Positions 19,896 through 26,771 of a stretch of 64,000 bases of DNA are shown here, one piece after another. A model generated the notes under the pieces. That model searched no databases, was not told the origin of the DNA, and worked only from the letters and a program-made list of their open reading frames with translations. The DNA is from Mycobacteriales bacterium (GTDB lineage Bacteria > Actinomycetota > Actinomycetes > Mycobacteriales > CADCTP01), in the NCBI GenBank assembly GCA_035995165.1, contig DASYKU010000066.1, positions 1,575 through 65,574 of the forward strand, written 5' to 3'. The translations under genes were made by a program, and so were the position numbers. Numbering within the stretch: position 1 is the stretch's first letter; every line of letters begins with the position of its first letter.

Positions 19896-22157
19896 GTGCC
19901 GCCGGTCCCGGTCTCGACGTACCGGGTCCAGGTGTCGCCAGACTTCGACCTGCACGCGACCGCCGGCCTGGCCGGCTACCTGGCCCGCCTCGGCGTCACC
20001 CATCTGTACGCGTCGCCGCTGCTGACCGCGACCACCGGCTCGATGCACGGCTACGACGTCACCGACCACCGCACCGCCGACCCGCAGCGCGGCGGCGAGG
20101 AGGGCCGGCTCGTGCTGGCCGAGGCGCTGCGCGAGCACGGGCTGTCGCTGGTGCTGGACCTGGTGCCCAACCACATGGGCGTCGCGGTGCCGGCCGAGAA
20201 CGCGGCCTGGTGGGACGTGCTCCGGCTCGGCCCGCAGTCCGCGTACGGCCGGTGGTTCGACATCGACTGGTCGCGGGGCCGGCTGCTGCTGCCGGTGCTC
20301 GGCGACGGGCCGGACGAGCTCGCGGCGCTGCGGGTCACCGCCGGCGAGCTGCGCTACTACGACAAGCGCTTCCCGCTCGCGCCCGGCACCGAGGCCCTGG
20401 ACGACCCGGTCAAGGTGCACGACCACCAGCACTACGAGCTGGTGTCCTGGCGCCGGGCCGCGACCGAGCAGAACTACCGGCGGTTCTTCGCGATCAGCGA
20501 CCTGGCCGGGCTGCGGGTGGAGGATCCGGCGGTCTTCGACGCCACCCACGCCGAGATCCTGCGCTGGGTCGCCTTCGGCGACGTCACGGGCCTGCGGATC
20601 GACCACCCGGACGGGCTAGCCGACCCGGCCGGCTACCTGGAGCGGCTCTGGCAGACCTCGAACGGGCTCTGGACCGTGGTCGAGAAGATCCTCGAGCCCG
20701 GCGAGGAGCTGCCGGACTGGCCCGTCGCCGGGACCAGCGGGTACGACCCGATGGCCGAGGTCGACGGCGTGCTGGTGGACCCGGCCGGCACGGCCGCGTT
20801 CACCGCGCTGGACACCCGGCTGACCGGAACCGCCACGTCCTGGCCGGAGCTGGTGCACGACTGCAAGCTGGACGTGGCCACCGGGATGCTGCGGGCCGAG
20901 GTCCGCCGGCTGGCCACGCTGGTCCCCGAGGTGCCGTACGCCCAGGAGGCGCTGGCCGAGCTGCTGGCCTGCTTCCCGGTCTACCGCTCGTACCTGCCGG
21001 TGGGGATCTCACAGCTGGTTGTCGCCGTCGAGGCCGCCCAGGCCCGGCGGCCCGATCTGGACCTCGGCGTCCTCGCGGCCCGGCTCGGGGTGGCCGAGGA
21101 CCCGCTGGCGATCCGGTTCCAGCAGACCTCGGGCGCGGTGATGGCCAAGGGGGTCGAGGACACCGCGTACTACCGGTGGACCCGGTTCCTGGCCCTGAAC
21201 GAGGTCGGCGGCGACCCGGACCGGTTCGGGCTGCCGCTGCCGGCCTTCCACGCGGCGCTGGCCCACCGGCAGGACCGGCACCCGGCCGGGATGACCGCGC
21301 TGTCCACCCACGACACCAAGCGTTCGGGCGACCTGCGGGCCCGGCTCGCGGTGCTCGCGGAGCTGCCGGAGGACTGGGCCGCGGCCGTGGACCGGTGGTC
21401 GTCGCTCGCGCCCACACCGGACGGCGCGCTCGGCCACCTGCTCTGGCAGTCGCTGGTCGGGGCCTGGCCGATCGAGGGCGACCGGCTGCACGGCTACCTG
21501 GAGAAGGCGATGCGGGAGGCGCGGACCCGCACCAGCTGGGACGACCCGGCGCCGGCGTTCGAGCAGGCGATGCACGCGGCCGCGGACGCCGCGCTGCGAC
21601 CGGGCGAGCTGCACGACGACGTGGCCGCGTTCGTGGATCGGATCGCCGGGCCGGGCTGGTCGAACGCGCTGACCGCGACGCTGCTGCAGCTGACCATGCC
21701 GGGGGTGCCGGACACGTACCAGGGCTGCGAGCTCTGGGACCTGTCGCTGGTCGACCCGGACAACCGGCGGCCGGTCGACTTCGAGCTGCGGTCGGCCCTG
21801 CTGGCCCGGCTCGACGACGGCTGGCGGCCGGCCTGGGACGACGCCGCCGGCGCGGCCAAGCTGCTCGTGGTCTCCCGGGCGCTGCGGCTCAAGCGGGACC
21901 GGCCGGGGCTGTTCACCGCCTACTCCCCCGTCACCGCGACCGGCCCGGCCGCCGAGCACGCGGTCGCCTACGACCGGGGCGGCGCGATCACCGTCGGCAC
22001 CCGGCTGCCGGTCGGCCTGGCCGCCGCCGGCGGCTGGCGGGACACCACGCTGACGCTGCCCGCGGTCACCGACCTGTTGACCGGCCGGTCGTACGAGGGC
22101 GCGGTCCGGCTGGCCGACCTGCTGGCCGACCACCCGGCCGCCCTGCTCGCGCCGTGA
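19896..22157 (+). CDS. treY: Malto-oligosyltrehalose synthase
   Basis: YRVQVSPDFDLHATAGLAGYLARLGVTHLYASPLLTA...GSMHGYDVTDH and GLRIDHPDGL. Starts 1 nt after the glgX stop. Confidence 0.93.
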   Translation: MPPVPVSTYRVQVSPDFDLHATAGLAGYLARLGVTHLYASPLLTATTGSMHGYDVTDHRTADPQRGGEEGRLVLAEALREHGLSLVLDLVPNHMGVAVPAENAAWWDVLRLGPQSAYGRWFDIDWSRGRLLLPVLGDGPDELAALRVTAGELRYYDKRFPLAPGTEALDDPVKVHDHQHYELVSWRRAATEQNYRRFFAISDLAGLRVEDPAVFDATHAEILRWVAFGDVTGLRIDHPDGLADPAGYLERLWQTSNGLWTVVEKILEPGEELPDWPVAGTSGYDPMAEVDGVLVDPAGTAAFTALDTRLTGTATSWPELVHDCKLDVATGMLRAEVRRLATLVPEVPYAQEALAELLACFPVYRSYLPVGISQLVVAVEAAQARRPDLDLGVLAARLGVAEDPLAIRFQQTSGAVMAKGVEDTAYYRWTRFLALNEVGGDPDRFGLPLPAFHAALAHRQDRHPAGMTALSTHDTKRSGDLRARLAVLAELPEDWAAAVDRWSSLAPTPDGALGHLLWQSLVGAWPIEGDRLHGYLEKAMREARTRTSWDDPAPAFEQAMHAAADAALRPGELHDDVAAFVDRIAGPGWSNALTATLLQLTMPGVPDTYQGCELWDLSLVDPDNRRPVDFELRSALLARLDDGWRPAWDDAAGAAKLLVVSRALRLKRDRPGLFTAYSPVTATGPAAEHAVAYDRGGAITVGTRLPVGLAAAGGWRDTTLTLPAVTDLLTGRSYEGAVRLADLLADHPAALLAP

Positions 22158-22852
22158 CCCGGCCGGCCAGCATCCCGGACGGGCTCGTGCTGGAGCTGTC
22201 CCGGGGCACGGTGCTGCCCGGGGCGTCGGCCGAGGCCGACCGGTGGATGGCGATGCTCAACGACCGCCAGGACGAGTGCGTCGCCACCCTGGACCGGGAG
22301 CGGATGGCGGTCGAGCTGGTGTTCCGGCTGCGCGAGGACGGCCGCGACCACCTCTACTGGGTGGCGATCAAGGGCGCCGGTGGGGCCGGCCCGGACCTGG
22401 CCGACCCGATCGACCGCGACCACGACGCCCAGGCCCGGCGGACCAAGGAGCCGGGCTGGGTCGAGGCCGAGCCGCAGCTGCTGTTGCTCCCGGACCCGGT
22501 TCGGCGGGCGGTGCTGGCCTGGGCGCTGCGGGACGGCGAGCGGGTGCCGCATCCGGTCACCGCGACCGTCCGGCTGGCCAGCGCCGGCCTGCACGTCATC
22601 GACCGCTGGACCGACGCCCTGGTGGACGCGCTGCTGGACGCCGGGGCGGGCGAGCCACAGGTCGGCGGCAGCCTCACCGGCGGCCGGATCGAGGTCCGGA
22701 TGACGGTCGACGCCGCGGACGTGGCCGGCGCGACGGCGGCGGCCGGCGACGTGCTGGCCGACGCGCTGGCCGCGGCCGAGACCCACGGCGTGCGGGTGCT
22801 GGGGATCTCGACCGAGGTCACGGCAGCTGACTCGGACAGCGGTACGGCCTGA
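22154..22852 (+). CDS. Hypothetical protein, N-terminal DUF6176-like region plus an extra Ala/Asp-rich C-terminal domain
   Basis: GTG 22154 overlaps the treY TGA (GTGA). N-terminal LELSRGTVLPGASAEADRWMAMLNDRQDECVATLDRERMAVELVFRLREDGRDHLYWVAIKG matches my recollection of the DUF6176 pattern. The family call is from memory only. Confidence 0.5.
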   Translation: MTRPASIPDGLVLELSRGTVLPGASAEADRWMAMLNDRQDECVATLDRERMAVELVFRLREDGRDHLYWVAIKGAGGAGPDLADPIDRDHDAQARRTKEPGWVEAEPQLLLLPDPVRRAVLAWALRDGERVPHPVTATVRLASAGLHVIDRWTDALVDALLDAGAGEPQVGGSLTGGRIEVRMTVDAADVAGATAAAGDVLADALAAAETHGVRVLGISTEVTAADSDSGTA

Positions 22853-23071
22853 CGGTGGACCGGGTCACCCCGCCGCGTCCACCGGGCGCGGCCGTGGTGA
22901 CCGCCCCGGGCTCGGCCACGGCGAGCGCGGCCGGCACGAGCCGTGGGCGCAGGGCGGGCGTGTCACTGTTCCGGCCCCGGTCCAGATGGTTAGCTGGCCG
23001 GGAACGCCGAGGCGGAACGGCACGCTGGTGCACATGTCGACGTGCGTAACGCGAACCCGGGCCGGAGGACG

Positions 23072-23524
23072 ATGTCTGCGACGAGGTCGGCCGCGTGGTG
23101 CGCGGCCGCGGTCGCGGCGCTGGTGTGGGCGCGGCGGCGAGTGCTGATCATCCGGGTCAACGGCGTCAGCATGGAGCCGACCTATCACGACGGCGACCGC
23201 GTCCTCGCCGTCCGGCCGCACCGGCGCAGCCGGTTGCGCGCCGGGGACGTCGTCGTGTTCGACCGGACCCAGCCGCGGGTCAAGCGGATCACCGCCCTCG
23301 CCGGCGCGGTCATCGACCGTGTGGAGATCCCCGCCGGCCACGTGTACGTGCGGGGTGACCGGGGCCGCTCCTACGACTCGGCGGTGCACGGCCCGATCGC
23401 CGAGAGTCTGGTCTTCGGCCGCGCGGTCCGCCGGTTCGCCCGGCCGAACGCGAATCCGGCGATGACGACACCGATGCGGCCGGGACCGGCGCCTGTCGCC
23501 GGCCCCGGCCACATCGGTGGCTGA
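23072..23524 (+). CDS. Short S26-family (signal peptidase I / SodX-like) serine protease
   Basis: About 150 aa (ATG 23072, or GTG 23042). Box B GVSMEPTY (Ser nucleophile), box D VKRITALAG (Lys base), box E GDRGRSYDS. One N-terminal hydrophobic segment. Confidence 0.8.
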   Translation: MSATRSAAWCAAAVAALVWARRRVLIIRVNGVSMEPTYHDGDRVLAVRPHRRSRLRAGDVVVFDRTQPRVKRITALAGAVIDRVEIPAGHVYVRGDRGRSYDSAVHGPIAESLVFGRAVRRFARPNANPAMTTPMRPGPAPVAGPGHIGG

Positions 23525-23527
23525 GCG

Positions 23528-23725
23528 TCAGCCGCACTCGGGGCGGGCGTTCAGGCAGCTACCCACCATTTGGTTGCCGCAGGTGTCCTCCGAGACCGCC
23601 TTGTGCTGGAAGGGCGCCGCGCAGCACCGGTAGAAGAGGAACCGGAACCTCCCACAGTTCGCGGAGGCGTCCGTCGTCGGCACGACCGCGGAGACGAGGC
23701 GGTCAGCCAGCTTGGTGATCGACAT
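23528..23725 (-). CDS. 65-aa six-cysteine peptide with a non-Sec N-terminal leader (candidate precursor peptide)
   Basis: MSITKLADRLVSAVVPTTDASANCGRFRFLFYRCCAAPFQHKAVSEDTCGNQMVGSCLNARPECG. Very strong SD (GGAGGGAGGTG, 7 nt before the ATG). High GC3. Lies 36 nt downstream of the ABC exporter on the same strand. Confidence 0.7.
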   Translation of the reverse strand: MSITKLADRLVSAVVPTTDASANCGRFRFLFYRCCAAPFQHKAVSEDTCGNQMVGSCLNARPECG

Positions 23726-23761
23726 GATGATTCACCTCCCTCCTTCGGATAGATGAGCGGG

Positions 23762-25618
23762 CTACCCGGCCTGAGCCGGCACCGCGGCGGCGCCCTCGAG
23801 GGCGTCGTCGTCGGGGTCGGCGTAGCCGGCGGCTTGAAGGGAGAACAGCTCGGCGTAGCGGCCGCCCGGACTGTTCATCAGCTCCCGGTGCGAGCCGGAC
23901 TCGGCGACGCGGCCACCGGCCAGCACGTAGATGCGCTGGGCGTGCCGCACGGTGGAGAGCCGGTGCGAGATGAGCACGCGGGCGCCGCCGATCATCGTGT
24001 CGGCGACCGCTCGGTGCAGGTCGTGCTCGGCCTTGGCGTCGAGCCCGGAACTCGGCTCGTCGAGGAGGAGCAGGTCGCAGTCCGCGCGCATCAACATGCG
24101 CGCCAGCGCGACGCGCTGCCACTGCCCGCCGGACAGGACGAGCGGGGTGTCGGCGTCGTCGACCTCTTCGGGGTCACGGAAGAAGAGCCGGCTGAGCATG
24201 GTGTCGAGGCCGCGGGGCAGGGCGGCCAGCTCGCGCTCGATGTGCGCGCGACGGATCGCGTCGAGGATCCGCGGGCGATCGTCGAGATGGTCCAGCCGCC
24301 CGACACCGACGTTCTGCGCCGCGGTGAGGTCGTAGGTGGCGAAGTCCTGGAAGACGGCGCCGATCCGGTCCCGCAGCGACACCGGGTCGAGCGCCGGCAG
24401 GTCGACGCCGTCCCAGGTGATGCGGCCGCGGGTCGGTTCGTAGAGCCGGCACAGCAGCTTGACCAGCGTGGACTTCCCTGCCCCGTTCAGCCCGACGAGC
24501 GCGACCGATCCGCCGGCCGGAATCGTGAGGCTGATGCCCTGCAGGATCCACGGCAGGTCCGGGCGATAGCGGAACCAGACGTCCTCCAGTCGGACCGCCT
24601 GTCGCAGCGGCGCGGCCGGTCGGGCCGGCGTCTCGACGACGGCAGCAGGCGCGCAGATCCCGTCGACGGCGCCGACGAGCTGCTGGCCGGACCGCAGCTG
24701 ACCCAGCGCCTGCACGGCACCGGTCAGCGCCGCGGTCAGCCCGCCGAAGGCGGTCACCACCGCGACCACCTGACCGGCGCTGGTCCCGCCGGCCGCGGCC
24801 CCGCGCGCGACGACGCCGACCGCGGCGACGACCATCGCGCCGACCACCCCGGCGGCGATCAGCTGCATCCGCAGCGTCGTGCGCTCCAGATCGCGCTCGT
24901 GCCGGTTCGCGAGGTCGAGATCGGCCAGCATCCGGTGCCGGAAGAAGTCGCCCAGCCCGAACAGTCGCAGCTCCTTGCCGGCCACCGGGTTGCAGATCAG
25001 GCTGCGGTACGCCTCGCGCCGCCGCCGGATGGGGGCGAGCCGGCCCAGCATGGAGACGTTCAGCCGGGCCAGCCGGAACTCGATCGCCATCACCGGGATC
25101 GCCCCGGCCAGCGCCAGGACCGCCAGCGGCCACGCCACGCCGAGCAGCACCACCGTGAGCGAACCGGCGGTCACCGCCGCGGTCGCGAGGCCGAGCGCGC
25201 CGCGCAGCAGCAGCTGTGGCGCCATGGCGGCAGCGTCCCCGGCCAGCGTGAGCCGATCCTGGTATCCGGGATCCTCCAGGCGGTCGACGCCGGTCTCCTG
25301 ACCGACCCGCTCATACAGCCGCCCGACGATCTGCGCGCCGGCGATCCGTCCGATCTGGCCCTGGAGGTACCGGTCCACCTCCGGTGCGCCCGCCCCGAGC
25401 AGGGTGGCCGCGACGATCGCCGCGGCATAGCCGCCGACGGCCAGGCCCGATCCGGACCCGACGATCGCGTCCACCAACCGCTGCAGGGCGACGGCCGAGA
25501 CCGCGGTGACGAGGCCGCCCACCAGGGCCAGCGCCGTCAGGGCGAGCAGCCGGCCGGGCGAGGCCCGGAGGATCAGCCGCGAGGCCGGGCTCGTGCGCGG
25601 CCGGTCACGCACGCGCAC
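23762..25618 (-). CDS. Fused TMD-NBD ABC exporter (no C39 peptidase domain)
   Basis: A six-helix ABC_membrane region is followed by Walker A GLNGAGKST, signature LSGGQWQRVALARM, Walker B LLLLDEPSSGLD and H-loop ISHRL. GTG candidates at 25618 and 25612 sit next to the upstream gene's TGA (25607..25605). The track start at 25711 is less likely. Confidence 0.88.
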   Translation of the reverse strand: MRVRDRPRTSPASRLILRASPGRLLALTALALVGGLVTAVSAVALQRLVDAIVGSGSGLAVGGYAAAIVAATLLGAGAPEVDRYLQGQIGRIAGAQIVGRLYERVGQETGVDRLEDPGYQDRLTLAGDAAAMAPQLLLRGALGLATAAVTAGSLTVVLLGVAWPLAVLALAGAIPVMAIEFRLARLNVSMLGRLAPIRRRREAYRSLICNPVAGKELRLFGLGDFFRHRMLADLDLANRHERDLERTTLRMQLIAAGVVGAMVVAAVGVVARGAAAGGTSAGQVVAVVTAFGGLTAALTGAVQALGQLRSGQQLVGAVDGICAPAAVVETPARPAAPLRQAVRLEDVWFRYRPDLPWILQGISLTIPAGGSVALVGLNGAGKSTLVKLLCRLYEPTRGRITWDGVDLPALDPVSLRDRIGAVFQDFATYDLTAAQNVGVGRLDHLDDRPRILDAIRRAHIERELAALPRGLDTMLSRLFFRDPEEVDDADTPLVLSGGQWQRVALARMLMRADCDLLLLDEPSSGLDAKAEHDLHRAVADTMIGGARVLISHRLSTVRHAQRIYVLAGGRVAESGSHRELMNSPGGRYAELFSLQAAGYADPDDDALEGAAAVPAQAG

Positions 25619-26153
25619 CCCACGGGACGCGGTCGACGGTGAAGGCGCTGCCCGCGAGCGCATCGTGGTCGAAGACCAGATAGCTCGGGAACGACGTGAT
25701 ACCGAACTCACCGGACAGCGGCCCGAGCGGGCGGTCCCGGACCACCGTGGCGATGCCGGCGAACGGCTCCTCGAGCGTCGGGTCGCCGTGCTCGGTCAGC
25801 ACGACGATCACCACCGCGGCCCCGTCGGCCGCCGCCCGCGCGGCGAGGTCACGAACCTTCGGCAGCTCCAGGTGGCAGCTGCCGCAGCCCTGGGAGAGGA
25901 ACGCCAGGAACACGCGGTGGTCGGCCAGCGTACGGAGCCGGAACGGGGCGCCGTCGGTGCCGGGGAGCTCGACGTCCGGCAACGGGCTGCCGGCCGGCAG
26001 GACCAGTGGTTCGGCGGCGGCCAGCCCGAACGGGTCTGCGGGTCGGTGCGGCGCGACCGAGGTCCGCAGCCGGCGCACGACACCGAGCAACAGCAGCAGG
26101 TTGATCAGGGTGACCACGGTCAGCACGGCGACGGCTGCGGCGAGCACGCTCAT
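25605..26153 (-). CDS. Membrane-anchored TlpA/redoxin-like thiol:disulfide oxidoreductase (CGSC active site)
   Basis: ATG 26153 gives an N-terminal TM anchor, MSVLAAAVAVLTVVTLINLLLLLGVV. A thioredoxin fold follows, with FLAFLSQGCGSCHLELP and a cis-Pro region (ITSFPSYLVF). An ATGA overlap joins it to the upstream gene. Confidence 0.82.
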   Translation of the reverse strand: MSVLAAAVAVLTVVTLINLLLLLGVVRRLRTSVAPHRPADPFGLAAAEPLVLPAGSPLPDVELPGTDGAPFRLRTLADHRVFLAFLSQGCGSCHLELPKVRDLAARAAADGAAVVIVVLTEHGDPTLEEPFAGIATVVRDRPLGPLSGEFGITSFPSYLVFDHDALAGSAFTVDRVPWGARA

Positions 26154-26674
26154 CGGGCCCGCTCCGCGGTGCCGGGCGTCCGGACCAGCGCGGTCAGGTC
26201 GTCGAGATGCACCACGAGCGCGACGAGCACGAACGCGACCGTCGCCGCGACGAGCAGCGGGCCGATGCGCACTGCCGGTCCGGACGTCGCCGCCGCCAGC
26301 AGGGCCACACCGGCCAGACCGCCATTGCGCACCGCGTGGGGCCGGCCCAAGGGTGCCCCCGACACACCGAAACACCGGCAGGCGGCGGGCGCCGGGCCGC
26401 GCGCGGCCCGCAGCGCGACGCCGGCCAGACCGAGGAGGGCCAGCGTGGCGAGCACCAGGCCGGCCACCCGCGTCGCCGGCCAGAGGCAGAGCACGACCAG
26501 AGCGGTCTCACCGGCGATCACCGCGTTGGCCACGGGCCGGGCGACCACCGGCCGGACGAGCCGCAGCGCCACCAGCGACCCGGCGAACTCGTCGCGATGC
26601 CGCGCCTTCGCCACCGCGGCGACGGCGAACGTTCCGGCCGTCACCAGCAGCGCGACCAGGTTCACACTCCCCAC
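26150..26674 (-). CDS. MauE/DoxX-family redox-associated membrane protein
   Basis: 174 aa, four TM helices. It carries the CxCFG motif (AACRCFGVSG) that I associate with MauE-type proteins. SD GGAGG lies upstream of the GTG at 26674. Confidence 0.72.
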   Translation of the reverse strand: MGSVNLVALLVTAGTFAVAAVAKARHRDEFAGSLVALRLVRPVVARPVANAVIAGETALVVLCLWPATRVAGLVLATLALLGLAGVALRAARGPAPAACRCFGVSGAPLGRPHAVRNGGLAGVALLAAATSGPAVRIGPLLVAATVAFVLVALVVHLDDLTALVRTPGTAERAR

Positions 26675-26714
26675 TGCGCCTCCTTCGCCGACTCCCTCGA
26701 GACCCTGGCGAACG

Positions 26715-26743
26715 GCGCTAAGCCGGCGCTAAGTCCGCGCTAA
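26715..26743 (-). promoter_or_regulatory. Three TTAGCGC heptamers (plus strand GCGCTAA) at exact 11-bp phasing upstream of the mauE-like operon
   Basis: Plus-strand GCGCTAA at 26715, 26726 and 26737. These lie 41-69 nt upstream of the GTG at 26674 and downstream of the permease stop (26772). Confidence 0.45.
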
Positions 26744-26771
26744 CCGCGCGGCATCAGCGGGTCGACGGCCG

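Noticed and set aside
23072-23725. S26 protease plus small Cys peptide as a NiSOD (sodN/sodX) pair
   Set aside because: The peptide has no His-Cys-x-x-Pro-Cys-Gly nickel hook after the putative cleavage site. At 43 aa, the core is far too short for NiSOD.
23570-23752. Plus-strand 60-aa ORF antisense to the peptide gene
   Set aside because: It is Arg/Glu/Pro-rich with no SD. It lies opposite a gene that has a very strong SD and protein-like composition.
23528-26674. Known RiPP classes (lanthipeptide, thiopeptide, lasso, sactipeptide, linaridin)
   Set aside because: No dehydratase, cyclase, YcaO, radical SAM, lasso B/C or C39-ABC is encoded in or beside the operon. The leader has no double-Gly or other class-specific motif.
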